The notes under the pieces: generated by a model
Database searches by the model: none
What the model saw: the letters and a program-made list of their open reading frames with translations, nothing else
What the model was told of the DNA's origin: nothing
Made by a program: the position numbers and the translations under genes
Part shown: piece after piece, positions 13,585 to 26,918 of the stretch
How positions within the stretch are numbered: position 1 is the stretch's first letter
Layout of the letters: each line of letters opens with the position of its first letter
Origin: Azolla caroliniana
Lineage: Eukaryota; Plantae; Polypodiophyta
Direction of reading: 5' to 3'
NCBI GenBank assembly: GCA_043228905.1
Contig: JBHGNT010000013.1
Coordinates: 1 to 64,000, forward strand
Length of the DNA: 64,000 nt

Positions 13585-16500
13585 CTATAATACAAGTGGG
13601 GCCGTCCACTTACTCCGCAGATTCTCCGGCTTTGTCCTGTCCGACGGGGAACGGGTTAGGTGGCGTAGGTCCCAGATAAGGTTTAGGCGAAACCCATTCA
13701 CTTTCTGTCGTAACACTTCTCTAGCCAGCGTGCCCAGTTGAAACGTGCCTTGTTTCGCTTCTACTATCCAGTACGGGCCTGTCCAGCGGAATCGTAATTT
13801 TCCTGGCATGTGCCCCATGCGGGTTTGGAAAACCAGTACTGCTCTACCGACCGCAAAATCCTTTTCCCGTGTGTTCCGATGTCGATCTACAAACGCTTTA
13901 CGCCGTTGTTGTTCCTGCTCCAACAGAGCCATGCTGTGTACACATTTTTCTCCAAGTTCGAGTAGCTGGTGCAGTCGTACTTCCTCCGACTTGGCTTCAA
14001 ATAGTCGGTCCCGTACTTGCATCCGTAAACTGGGTATCTGAAACTCTACCTGTATAACGGCCTCTAGCCCAAACGCCAGTCGAAATGGTGTTAACTATAT
14101 GCTTGTTTTGTAGCTGGTCCTGTACGCCCATAACGCACTATGTAATTTGGTATGCCAGTCCGTTCTATTTTCATTGACGATTTTCTTTAATATGGTCTGC
14201 AATGTCTTGTTGGTGGATTCCACCAACCCATTCGCCTATGGGTAATATGGCGTACTCTTCTTGTGGACCACGGCGTAATGATGTGTTAGTTCACGAACCA
14301 CTGTATTGAGAAAGTGGCTCCCCTGATCATTGATAAGCTCAATCGGACAACCAAACCAACACCAGATGTGTTCGTAAAGGAATCTCGTCGTGACAACCGT
14401 CGTATTCTCCCGTAGTGCCTTTGCTCTACCCACTTGGTGCAATAATCCGTGGCCACCAATATGTATTTATTGCTCGTACGGGCTGCCGCTGGTGTGAAGG
14501 GGCCTACGAAATCCAATCCCCACTTTTGGAAGGGATCTAACGGCAATACGGGCTGGTGTGGCATTCTTGCGCCCTACGTGGGTTGGCCCATCTATTGACA
14601 CAAATCACACTTTTTGCAATAATCATACGCATCCTTCTGTGTAGTTGGCCACCATAGACCTGCTTGCCATATTTTCCGGGTCGTAACATCGCCCGCGTAA
14701 TGTCCACCTGCCATGCCATACTGAGCCTCCCATAAGACCGCTTCTTTCTCATCCAAATGCCATCATTGCCTTTGTGATATAAGATTCCTTCTACCAAGCA
14801 GAAGTTACGGCTCTAGACGGCTAATCGTTTCTTCTCGTCCATGCGTAATTGCGGTGGGGGCAACCCTGTAGTCAAAAAGTAGGTCATTTCCATGAGCCAC
14901 TGGTTCGGAAAGGTCTTTTCCGTTCGTTTTGTTAGTGCTGCTACCCATAGAATGTCTGCATCCGGAAAGTCGTCGTCATCCCTCTGCGCCGTTTCTCCAT
15001 TATCGAGTCTGCTCAAAAAATCTGCCACTGCGTGTTGCGTACCCTAGCGGTGCTTAATTACAAAATCGAATTCTTGAAGTAGCAGCATCCATCTCGCCAA
15101 TTTCCCCGTCAGCGCTTGTTTCTCCACCAAATACAACAGTGTCGAATGATCCATGTGAAACGTGAATTTCCACCCTAGCAGATAATGCTAGAATTTATTG
15201 ATGTTGTAGATCATCCCCAACGCCTCACGCTCCGCCGTTGATAATTTCCAACTAGCGTAGTACACCGGCCGGTACCAATTCGGCTATGTGAGCTGCATTA
15301 GTGCACTTCCTATTGCAATGTCTAAGGCATCTACGAACACGTGGAATGGCTTCGCCCAAACTGGTGGATGTACGACGGGTGCCTGCGTGAGCATTACCTT
15401 TTGCGCATCATATGCCTTTTCTTCCGTCGTTGTCCATTGGAAGGGAGTCCAGTGCATGGCAACATGTAACAGCGTGGCGAAGTCCGCCAAATATCGTATC
15501 ATCCGATTGTGCCATCTTATTTGTCCTAAAAAACGGCTCAGCAATTTTGCGTTTATCGGAGTTTTGGCTTGAGTAAACATGGAGATTTTATTCGGATCGA
15601 CCACTATCCCTTCCTTGTTGACGATATGGCCTAGGAGAGCCCCCCTGGTAATGCCGAAGGCACTTTTGGCAGGATTAAGGCTTAAGCGTGCGGTGCGACA
15701 GCGTTCCAAGCATAGTTGCAGATGTGTAAAATGGTCAGTTGTTCTCCCATATACCGCAAAATCGTCTAAAAAAACTTGCATGAAGGCCAGAATATATTCC
15801 CCAAAAATCTTCGTGATTGTTCGTTGAAATGTCGTTGGCGCCGTCTTTAGCCTGAACATCATGACGATTGCCACATAGACTCTCCAGTCCGTGACAAATG
15901 TCGTCTTCTCTTGGTCATCTAGGTGCATGCGTCCTTGGTTGTACCCACTGAAGCCATCTAAAAAACTATACATGTCATGCCCTGCGACGACATCCAATAC
16001 ACTATCGGTGAATGGTCAAGGGAATGCGTCTGTAATGGTTACGGCGTTTAATTTTCGGTAATCCACACATACCCGTATTTTGCCATTTTTCTTTGGTACG
16101 ACTACGATCAGGCTTAACCATGTAGCCTGTTTAACTGGCCGTATGAATCCCGCCTTCAGAAGTTTGTGAATTTCTTCTTTTACACGGGCCGCGTAGTTTG
16201 GGTTCATGCGGTAGCGACGCAGCGGAACCAGTTTCGCGTCGGTTGCTAAATTAATCTTATGTTGATAGAACTTCGGATTTAATCCCTTCATGTCCTCGTG
16301 GGCCCAGGCGAACACATCTTTATATTTCTTGAGTAATACAATCATCGCGTCTCTCTGGTCTGGCCTTAATTCCTTTGCGATGGAGAGAAAACGGGGTTCT
16401 AATGTCGTACCCACGTTTACTTCTTCCAGGGTTGAGGCAGTGACTCGCCATGAAATTTCCATTTCCCTCTCGAACATTGCTCGTGCTCTGCTTAGTTCTA

Positions 16501-18572
16501 ATATTGACTCCGGGTTGGGTTCGTAAGCCTCGTCATGGAGTGTAGTGGTCATGGCATATTCCGCCGCGATTTCGATGACGTCAATTTCGAACAGCAGAAT
16601 AATCCGAGGGGGCTCGTCTAGGTATGCCTCTAATTCTGTATCATCCACCCCAACCAACATATTTATGTCTTCCGCGTACAATGGTGTTATGCCCTTGGGT
16701 TGTGCTGCCATTTCCTCTGTTGGTACGCGGAACTTGGTGCGTCTGCGTCGAAAACTGATACACTTGTGTTGCCAGCTCTGCTTGATATTCGTTGAATGAA
16801 GGCATGGTCTGCCCAGCAGCACAGGGTACGCCCCTGGGGCGTCCAGGGCGAGGATTACCGCCGAGATGTCGAAGTGATGTCCGCCTTACGTATCAACCCC
16901 AATGGTCGTACTGAGCGGGTATCTACCGTGCGGAGCCAGAACGGGCAAGCTTCCCATTCTAAAATTCCCAATTGTTCGCATGTCTTCGCGCTAATTACAT
17001 TAACACCCAAGATGCCATCGATTACGCATCTTGGGATTTCCTGACCGTGTAATATCAACTTAATAGCCGGGTTGTGGTGATCCACTATTGTCGGTCCGTC
17101 GCTAGTATCCCTGAAATTCGTGGCGACACTTACCCCAGGTCTGCCCGTCACCTGCTCTTCCATGGCCTGGCAGAATCATGGGACTAGTTGTAGGAGCTTC
17201 TCCATGTTTAATGTTATCTCGCAGCCTACCAGTGCTTGCCAAATGGGGTCCGGGGATGGTCCCTCGTCCTCCAATAGCTCCACCGTGTTTGCGGATTCCT
17301 TCCGCATGCGCTCCGTATTTGTCGCGTTTGCTTTTTCAACCCATGCATGGGTTGTTCATCGTATCTCATCTTGCGCAGCCCAATCAACCGTTTTTGTTTG
17401 TTGACGTGTCGTGACTTGTTGCACTTCCACCGTAATCGTATTGACAACGGGCCCCTTGCCTTTGCGTACTGGGCATTGTGTGGCATAATTTCCGAGATGT
17501 TGACAAACAAAACAATGGATGCTCGATTCGCCCTTCTCGGCCCCTGGTGGTGTGTACCAATCCCCTAGTGGGACTTGCTCCTCCCGGTCCTGCGTCGTTT
17601 GTCGGAGCGTACGCGGTGGTTGTTGTTGGTCCCGGCGTGGTTCTTGGTGCCGGTCATCGTTCGAACTTTCGTCATACCGCCGGTGGTCCCGATGTAGCCG
17701 ATGCTATCCATGAGGTCCATTGAAGCCGCCACGTTTGTTTGTCGGCTGGTAATTCTCATAGCGCCGACCCCCTTTAGTATGTCTGGGGTGGCCACGGTAG
17801 TCTTCATCCTCCGGTTCGTCTTCCTCGGAATCGTTGTGATTTCGGCGATTCCGGTAATGCCGGTCGTCGCATGGATTGCGATCCATATACCGTGGTCGCT
17901 CTTCCTACCTCCTTTGTTCATTACGGCATGGGGGATGTTGTGTGTCCACGCTGCGTACTGTGGGCGTGGCTCTGTTCAACATATTGTACTTGCATTGCTC
18001 AATTGTGTGAGCTTTCGAGTGACAGATTGGACAGTGGATTCACATGTTGCACTCCACTGCGGAATGCCCCGAATTCAAGCAAATCGTGCACTGGATCGCT
18101 TGACAAAAATGTCGTTCCTCGTCCTAAGGTAACGCTTGTCGTAATGAAGACATGGAAAACCTTTCCTCTTCTTCGTCCAGCTCGAGCTATAGCACTCTTT
18201 CTATGACTATATCGGTCATTTCCCCTTTCACTCTATTGTTGTTTCGCTGAAATCCAAGATCGTCTCTATCGGCAGCTACTTAATTGTGTAGAACTGCCCG
18301 AGGATCTCGCGTTGTGGCACCCTCCGATGAAAGAACCGCAAAAAGGCGGACTGTAGTTGGTCGAAGGTCGTGATTGCTGGCAGATCCATTTGCGAATGCC
18401 AAAACGCCGCTTTCCCATCCAATGTTAATCCGAACTCCGTCCTTTTGGACTGGTACGCTACTGCCTCAGAAAGGCTCTGCGCCATGTGGTTTGCATTCCA
18501 AACATTGAGGAATAGGTGAATGTGGGTTGCGGCGTCGGTTTCGTCATTAAAGCGGGGATAGGCAAAGGCCAT
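13585..18572 (-). pseudogene. gag-pol pseudogene of element C
   Basis: Many stops and frameshifts across ORF fragments 13585-14022, 14236-14564, 14813-15028, 15284-15997, 16016-16822, 16855-17163 and 18276-18572. Confidence 0.9.
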
Positions 18573-18848
18573 GTTGGGTGCTACGGCGGGTAGGGAAAGA
18601 CCATAGTGTTGATGTAGTGAGCGCGCTTCCTACGTATCGCCGAGGTATTTGGAGAGCAAGAAATTGACTTTGTGGTCCCGACAGGTAGTACTAAGGTCGT
18701 TGAGGCGAGGCTTTTGCCGTGCACGTTCCTCTGCCTGGCGTGTAATGGACCTTGTGATTGGTTGGTCTTGTCGTGTTGGTTCTCTAGGGCGTCTGCGGCT
18801 AAACATCCATTCGTCGATGTTCGTCTGTGAGAAGACACAGATCACCAA

Positions 18849-18856
18849 GCGTGCCA
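18849..18856 (-). promoter_or_regulatory. Primer binding site of element C (tRNA-Arg type, short match)
   Basis: TGGCACGC 4 nt downstream of the LTR end ...GGTAACA on the minus strand. Confidence 0.65.
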
Positions 18857-18860
18857 AAAG

Positions 18861-19309
18861 TGTTACCAATTAGGAATACGGTCTATGGTCAGTCCTTCGA
18901 CCTAGACCTCTAAGTGACTGTGTGACAACGAATGGTAGCATCTGTGCGTATTACTTAGTGGGATACTTCCCGTAACCTAGCAGCGTATAAGGGAGACGGC
19001 TACAACAGAGCTCCTTAGACAGTGGGCTAACGCACACACCGTTACTGACGCCTACGCTCTTAAGGATTATAGACACACAGTAGATTAACCACAGCTACGC
19101 ACAGATATTAGAGAAGATAGAACTCTATTACGATACTCCTTTTACATTCAAAATTACACGCTACCTCTATCAGAGGTTTTCTGCCCTTTATATACGCAGG
19201 GTCTTTTAGTCGTTCACACTTCCCACGTGAACCGTTACATGCATTACAATGTTATTCTATTCCATATTACTGCGCACTTGTCCGTCGGTTACTATTCCGG
19301 CGGACAACA
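18861..19309 (-). repeat. 5' LTR of element C (about 449 bp)
   Basis: Minus strand TGTTGTCC...GGTAACA. The start TGTTGTCC equals the start of the element B LTR; TATATAAA on minus near 19190. Outer boundary not confirmed by a second LTR or TSD. Confidence 0.7.
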
Positions 19310-19867
19310 TTTTCGTTCATCATTGTCCTGTACGGCGCCTGTCTTTTCTACCGTGTTTGTATGTCTCTTCATCTCCGTTCACTTCTATTTTTCCAGACAT
19401 CACCATCATGCTCTTTTCTTTCTCTTTTCTTTTGCAATTAGATTCGAGCCAAATAGACCCAACCTAACCAACAAAACACACTTGAAATACCGTTGTTCGG
19501 AGCGAAATCGTGTAGTAGAGAATATGTCATTTCCTGCTTCACTTGCACATACTTTTGCCGAACATTGTCACCGTCATTTGCATGTTTCCGCCATTTCTTG
19601 CACTTAGTCGCTATGGCTTGCATCGCCGCATATCATTCTTCGACTCCGTCTCCAAAGGGGGGTCGCCCTAGTAGTTGCCAAAAGGTTTTGTATGTTTTTA
19701 GGGTTAGGGTTAATGGTAATGATGATTATCGATGATGAAGATAGACATGGTGTAATAATGAAGATGATGGTGAGGGATCATGAAGAACAAGACAAGCATT
19801 GAGGGGTGGGGGGTGGTGCCTAGAATGGCTCTACCCCCTTCCCAAGGGGGTTCAACGTTAAGGGGAG

Positions 19868-19870
<3 letters not shown>

Positions 19871-19911
<41 letters not shown>
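19871..19911 (+). repeat. (AG)n microsatellite
   Basis: About 20 perfect AG units. Confidence 0.97.
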
Positions 19912-19915
<4 letters not shown>

Positions 19916-20179
19916 AAGAGAGAGATTGAGAGAGAAATGGTTATTCTATTCATTCATTCCCCATAAGGGGTTAAATAGGTACAAAAGGGTAGATACACAA
20001 GGGTGCAAGCCCTTGGGCATTCACACCTAGTCACTCACTCACACCTCTTTGTATCCACCACACTCACACTTACATTCATACTCATAATTGTATAACATTA
20101 CACATACATATCAACGCACTACATCTTTCACCCTCACTTATCACACTTATCAATTACCCGTACATCTCGTACGATAACA

Positions 20180-20905
20180 CAAAATAGATGGTATGATGAG
20201 GATTGTAGGTACTTACATAGACAACTTACAATATCGCAACTCAGTGGTAGTATTACCTCAGTACAAGCTCGCAAAGAAATGCAAAAGATGACATGTCGTA
20301 AGAGATGAGCATGGGAGGCATCCCAATATTGGGAACTCTACCATATGCTCATGAATAGCAATTGCGCCACTGCATGGAAGAGATGACGGGAACCAAGACC
20401 ACAAACACCCATTAAAGATCCCATAACCTGGCACACATATACAGAGATACTTTACCAAATCCCAAACCAACCACCCATTCCAATGCCTTCTACACCCCGA
20501 CCTACCGTAGGGACACTCTTCACGACCTCTAGGGTCACAAAGGTCATAAAGAAATTACAACATAGGAAGTCCATGGACCACACAAGATTGCAAGCAGAAC
20601 ACATCATATATGCGAGAGAGTGCCTAGCTCCCTTGATAACTCTAATCTTCGATCGTGCCCTCGCTAAGGGTTTTCCACCACAATGGACTATGAACACAGT
20701 GGCCCCCCTACATAAAGGGGGGAACCCCATGGACCCAAATATATATAGGACCATTACGATAGGTCATACCCTTGCTAAATTATATGGTGCAGTAATGGAG
20801 GTAGAGCTTAACGATTATATGGAGACCTTAAATCTTCGCGCACCTGAACAGGTTGGCTTTAGACGAGCCTTCTCCAGTATTGATCATATCTTCACACTTA
20901 GATGC
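20180..20905 (+). pseudogene. Non-LTR retrotransposon (RTE-like LINE) ORF2 fragment, N-terminal part of RT
   Basis: WYDEDCR motif near 20189; ORF 20483 has PLHKGG..DPNIYRTI and QVGFRR..SIDHIFTLR; cut off by an LTR at 20906. Confidence 0.8.
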
Positions 20906-21329
20906 TGTCAGGAGCAGTACTAAGACAGAGAAGTATTGTCAAGAACAATACTAAAACAGAGAAGGAATTAGTACTAAAAGATGAGTATTAGTACTATGGG
21001 AGGTGTAGAACTCTCGAGAGAAGGAGAGAGAGAGAGAGAGAATGAGGATTACAAAAGATATATATTATGTTAAGGGAATATACAATAGTAGCTAGGAGGC
21101 TTAAGACTGGTGTTGAACCGATTTGGTTCGAAATAATGCCTTGTGCCTCCTTTTATAGTGTTCTCAGGAGTAGTCTCGAAGCTTCTATAATGTTCCAGAG
21201 AAATTTGGAATATACATCAATTTTCTATAGTAAAATAATATTATTTGTATTACAACATATAGTCTAATGGTCAAGAGCTCGACCCATGTAACATAAGGTC
21301 ATGGGTTCGAGTTTTGTCATAACATGACA
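20906..21329 (-). repeat. 3' LTR of the chromovirus (424 bp)
   Basis: TGTCA...TGACA termini, preceded on minus by the PPT AAAGGGGGGATAG (about 21330-21342). Confidence 0.85.
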
Positions 21330-24205
21330 CTATCCCCCCTTTAAAACGACGAGTGTCACGAATCGTTTTAGATTGAGGACCCGGTTTTTCTAGATATTGA
21401 CGATAGAAGTCTTCAAGAAGAGCACGAGCATTGGTCACATTCTCTATTGGTTCACAAGTACACTCGCTAGGACTATATCCTAGCCAATCGACTAAATAGT
21501 AGAGCTTGTTGCGAACAATCTTGGAATCGAGGATGGCGGCAACCTCGTACTCAAGTCCATCTTCAAGCTCGATTGGGGGTGGAGGTTGTTTAATACGACC
21601 TGGGATGGTGCTGTCTTGATAGGGTTCGAGGAGAGAACTATGAAACACCAGATGTATCCGAAGTTGTGGAGGTAGATCGAGACAAAAAGCGACATCATTA
21701 ATTTTTCCGATAATACGGAAAGGACGTAATCGCCAGTAATCCAACTTCTCGCATGGGCGAGTAGTCTTGATCTATCATCGTAGTAGCCACACCCGATCTC
21801 TAATGTCAAAACTGGATGGAAGACGATGACGATCCGCATAAACCTTGTGTGTTTGTTGAGCTTGCTATAGATGAGTAGATAAATTTGCTTGTATCTTACG
21901 TAGCCGCTCCAAACGATCCTCTGCACAAGGATTTGTAGGTAACTCTAGGGTTTCAAATACACACCACCGGGGGTGACAGCCTGTGTAAGCATAAATAGGT
22001 GTCACCTTTGTCGTTCAGTGGACAGAGTTATTATATGCAAATTTGGCGAAGTGGAGAATATCTGCCTAGTCATCTTGATGATAGCTTAAAAAGCACCGAA
22101 GATACTGCTCCAACGTTTGATTTGTTCATTCTACTTGGCCGTCTGTTTGTGGGTGGTAGACGGAGGAGAGGTTACAAGTGACCTTAAGCATTTTAAAGAG
22201 GTGCTTCTAGAACTTCAAGACGAACTAGGGTCCACGGTCGCTGATGATACTATCGAGAAGGCCATGATGCCGACATACTTCACACATGACAATTTTGGCG
22301 GTTTCTTCACTGGAGATTTCCTTAGTACATGGCAGGAAATGGGCCATCTTCGTATATCGATCTACTATTGTTAAGATCGCATCGAATCCCTTAGAGACCA
22401 GAAGATCTATGATGAAATCTAGGGCAATGGATTGCCATGGCTTGCTTGGAATTGGTAATGGTTCTAATAAACCATATGGATGATGCCTTGACATTTTTGC
22501 TCTGCAACATGTATCACAAGTCCGAACAAAATCTTTGACAAATTGTCGCATATGGGGCCACCAGAAGGATCGTTGTACAAAACCTAGTGTTTTAGTACTA
22601 CCAAAATGCCCAACTGTATATGTGTCATGATAATTTTGGACTACTTGAAGGCGACAAGTACCATTCGGAACATACAAGAGTTTCTTAAAGAATAGTAATC
22701 CATCATGACATTCGAATTGTCGATAGTCCGTACCTAGTTGTTGCAACTGTGAACAAGATGCTCGAGAGGGATCAATTTGTGCTAGAATGGCTTGAGCGAA
22801 ATCATCTATCTTCAAGTCCTCACGTATGGTATCGATAACGTGGGAATCCAAGGACATATCGAAGACCTGCATTACTTGCAGTCGTGTTGGTCCCAAGATT
22901 ACTTGCTTTTGGTTATCGAAAGTCGGCTCGCCAGGATGCAGTGCTAGATACGAACGTCGTGATAATGCATCTGCCTTCTCTTGTTGCTTCCCCGGACGAT
23001 ATGTAATTTTGAACTCGAAACGAGTGAGGAATTGGGCTCACCGAGCTTGACGTCCATTTAACACATGAGCATTCTAAAAGTAGGCAAGGTTTTTGTGATC
23101 ACTGAATACGATGACTTGATGAGAAGACTCCTCTAGAAAATGCCTCCATTGTGTAAAAGACTCCATTATTGCTAATAGCTCGTTATCATGAATTTCATAG
23201 TTGATTTCCATGGTGTCAAACTTGCGTGAATGGAAACCCACAGGATGTAGCTTCTCATCATTGCCTTGTTGAGACAAAATGCTACCCAAGGCGAAATCCG
23301 ACGCGTTTGCTTCAATGATGAATGGTTTCTTTGGATCAACATGAGCTAAACTAGGAGCTGATGTAAATGCCTTCTTAAGACTCTCAAAAGCAATGCCCGC
23401 TTCTTCAGACCAAATGAAAGATTTTCCCTTCTTGGTAAGTTGTGTGAGAGGCAGAACAAGCTTTGAGTAATCCTGTATGAACTTGCGGTAAAAATTGGCA
23501 AAGCCTAAAAAGCATTGCACATCTTGCAACGAACGCGGAGTCTACCACTCTACCACCATTTTGACCTTAGTTGGATCCATGGAGATGCCTTCCGAGGAAA
23601 TGGCATAGCCCAAAAATTCTACCTAGTTGCACCCGAAACTACATTTTTCCAGTTTTGCATAAAGACCATGTTCTCGAAGTCGTTTTAGCCCTAACAGTAC
23701 ATGAGAATCATGCTCTTCTTGGGTCTTCGAATAAACCAGTAGATCATCCAAATAGATGATCAAAAACTGATCCAAGAGATCTCGGAATATATCATTTGCC
23801 ATGTGCTGGAAGATTGTTGGCGCATTAGTGAGGCGAATGGCATGACCGTATACTCGAAATGCCCATCTCTGGTGTGAAACGCAGTGTTCCATTCATCTCC
23901 TGGTCGGATCCGTACGAGGTTATACACTCCTTGTATGTCGATCTTTGTGAAGAACCTTGCACCATTGATCCGTTCTAAAAGACTTGAGATAAGGGGAAGT
24001 ACATACCTATTCCTGATGGTGACTTTATTCAACCCACGGTAATCTACGACGAGATGAAGTGATCCATCCTTTTTCTTGACGAAGAAAATGGGTGCGCCGG
24101 TTGGAAATTTCGAATGTCGAATGAAACCATTTGCCAAATTCTCTTCTATATAGGCTCGAAGGACTTCTAGCTCGGTTGGTGACAAATTGTAGATCGGTCC
24201 CCATG
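20906..24205 (-). mobile_element. Chromovirus (Tcn1-like) gypsy remnant: RT-RH-INT-chromodomain plus 3' LTR
   Basis: RT ([23 protein letters not shown]), RNase H (23074-23529), integrase (PWQSIALDFI), chromodomain YEVAAILDSKIVRNKLYYLVDWLGY (21271-21744); gag and 5' LTR missing. Confidence 0.9.
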
Positions 24206-24239
24206 GTCCGAGTTGGAGGTGCTTGTGGAGTCGTACGCC

Positions 24240-25120
24240 GACATAAAGTTCGCTCTATGTCTCATTACGAATAGTCCATCGTAATCATTGTATTCGGAGT
24301 TCGTGGCGTAGTTTGTGAGTTGTCGACTTGTCGAAGCCAACTCACTTCTCTTATTCCGACACTCCTCTTTGTGGTGGACAATTTTGCCGCAATAGTTGCA
24401 CGTAGCGGGCTTCGTTTGCCGAACTTGTTCGGCATGGAAGCTCCCCCTTTTTCCGAAGGTTCCTTGATGGCTTTCTTCTTGTGGTCAAAGGTTTGAGTTC
24501 CCTTCGTGTGATGGGTTAAATTGACCTCTTCTACCACCTCGATCTTGTGCTCGGCCACCATCCGAATTCGAGAAGAACATTGGTCCTTCCGACGTCTTGC
24601 TTTTGGTTTAGACGTGGTTCTCTTCAACCAATAACATTGATTGAAGGTCGACGAACGAAGGAGGGTTTTCCCTTGCCAAGTTTGCCGTCCTAAATGAGTC
24701 GAATCGTTGTGCGAGGCCGCCCAAGCATACTTGAACCATCTTGTCTGACTTTTATGTTGATGAAACCAAGCGAGTTGCAAATGCTCTTGATCTTGGCGGT
24801 GTAGTCCGACACAAACATATCTTTTTGTCGAATGTTGTTCAACTCTTGTTGGAGTTGAAGGTTTCGGGTGGTTGTGTGGCAACAAAAATCTTCTTCAAGT
24901 TCTCCCACGCCTCTTTAGGCATCTTGGCGTCTCGAACATGGCTAAGCATGCGGTCATGGACACACGTTGCCAAGCAATACATGATAACTCAACTCGTGTT
25001 GTTTGGGCCGGCTCTATTTTCTTGTGCGTTGTTAATGTAGCTCCAATACCCTTGGCCGACTAGGTATTGGTTCATCTTGTATTCCCAAGATTAATAATTG
25101 CTCCGGTCTAGCTTTCACTA
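24240..25120 (-). pseudogene. Ty1/copia gag remnant
   Basis: Minus translation KLDRSNY*SWEYKMNQYLVGQGYWSY, LQLQQELNNIRQKDM.VSDY, PSFVDLQSMLLVEE and knuckle-like CNYCGKIVHHKEEC. Confidence 0.8.
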
Positions 25121-26918
25121 GAAACCAAGCTACCCAGATGAAGAGGAAGAGAGAGATGAAGATAAACTTATGAACAATAATATAAATGGGGGATGATTGA
25201 AAACAAAACCCAGATTTGTCGCACAATTTGGGGTGGTAACATTATGTATACAGAAATCAATAGAATGTTTACAACCCGTTTACGATGCATTTCTTTCAGC
25301 TTCTCAAAGTGTTCTATTTTGGTTATGGTATGTTTTCATCTTTACATGTCTTGTTGGGGGTTAGAGCTAATAAAAACTCTCATGACGTCTATATTTTGAT
25401 GTTTTGCGGTCTGGACGGCTTCATTCTATCGTTATGGAAGACGAAGTTGTATCTCAAGGGAGTATGTTGCATGTTCATATATTGTGGAAAAACGATAAAA
25501 AATGGATGTTGAATCCACACCCAAATGATATAAACAATTTATCGGAATTGTGGGTCTACGAGAATAAGCCTATTGACAAACTTTTGTTGGATCCCAATGA
25601 ATGGAAATGGCAAAGCATATTACCACAAGGAATGTTAGGCAAGCAAATCCCATTTTCTCAATACTCAGTAAAAATGGGTAGAGATTTGCTAAGGAGGCGT
25701 GTGGCTGTTACACTAGCAGCATGTAAATTTTGGAACTTGGGTAATGTACGACACTCTTGGTTAAATACTTATTGGAAATGGCTATGGGCCATGGAAATTC
25801 CTAGAAAAGTTGTCTTGTTTAGATGGTTGTTGGTACATTATGGCACCCCTGTGAAGTCATGGATGAAGGGGCATTGCCATGATTAAAAAATGTGACAATT
25901 GTGGTTTGCCCAATGAAACGGTGCACCATGTTTTATGGGTCTGTCCTATAGCTAGAGCAGTATGGAAAAGAGTGTTGAGAATTTTGTATCTTATTTATGG
26001 TAAACAAGTGTACACATGGGGTTTTGTGAGATGAGGAAGGTTGGCTGAAGAAATACATAATTATGAAAGGGACTATGTTGATTTTCTTCTCCTCTCTGAT
26101 GGAAGACAGGTGTTGGAGGCCTCTTATACTACACCAATCCATTGTTTGGAAGAAGACAAGGTTTGGTCTACTATATCTTCTTTAGTAGTTTGGATGTTAT
26201 GGAAGGCAAGATGTAAGTGTGTATTTTAGAATGTCAAACCGAATGCGGTTGAGTTAGTCAAGGAGATATGGTTGATGGTCCTGCATACTGTAAGAGGTCA
26301 ATATGAAGCAATACATGGTGAGCCTGATGTTGTGTTTCGCAAGCAACAACAATTTCGCGAAATTTGGAAAAAGGCAAAGGTCTTCACCTATTTTGGGGAT
26401 AGAATGAAATGGAGATACACTCCACCAAGATGGCTTTCTTCGCCCCCTGTCTCGAAAAGACCTTGCATGAGGGTTTCCACTACTAGACATGTTGATTTAT
26501 GTGGGTAGGAGGGTTGTAATAGATTGTATGGATACTTTGTAGCCTTTGGGCATCTTTTCATTAATATCACGGTGAATCTTGACTTTAAAAAAAGAAAAAA
26601 TGGGGGATGATTAACAAGAGTGTAGCTAAAGACATTTCCTCTTTATTAATTAGGAACATCAAAATACAAAAATAGCCACAATGAGGTATATATACATCTC
26701 ATGTGCAAAGGTGCACATGTATGAGTAGAATATAGGTACAAAGGTGTAAGTCCTATATTAAATGAACATGGGAGTGGAGGATCTACAATGTATCCCACTC
26801 AAGTACAAAATCCTATTTAAGGCTTTAACGTCAACATTAACTAGATTCTTTCTAGGTAACTACTAAGTTACGTGTGTTGACTAACTAACTAAATCTAGTT
26901 GAGCTTGATATCTCAACA
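25121..26918 (-). repeat. Probable partial copia 5' LTR, interrupted by a LINE
   Basis: TGTTGAGA start on minus at 26918, TATA-like motif near 26690, AT-rich, upstream of the copia gag. The LTR 3' end and PBS are not visible. Confidence 0.45.
25199..26597 (+). mobile_element. 5'-truncated L1 LINE
   Basis: zf-RVT region (IPRKVVLFRW; CDNCGLPNETVHHVLWVC), WMLWKARCKCVF, A-rich tail, and 15-bp TSD AAATGGGGGATGATT at 25184-25198 and 26598-26612. Confidence 0.92.

Larger units (their letters stand above)
13322..19309 (-). mobile_element. Ty3/gypsy non-chromovirus element C, degenerate, 3'-truncated (same family as A and B)
   Basis: Fragmented gag (18276-18572), protease, RT (FLDGFSGY, FLDDF), RNase H and integrase ([15 protein letters not shown]) ORFs collinear with A; 5' LTR and PBS at the right end; no 3' LTR. 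Confidence 0.9.

Noticed and set aside
19620-20180. Possible old LTR with PBS-like TGGCAACTACTAGGG on minus and a TTAGGG pair
   Set aside because: No consistent termini or TSD could be set.
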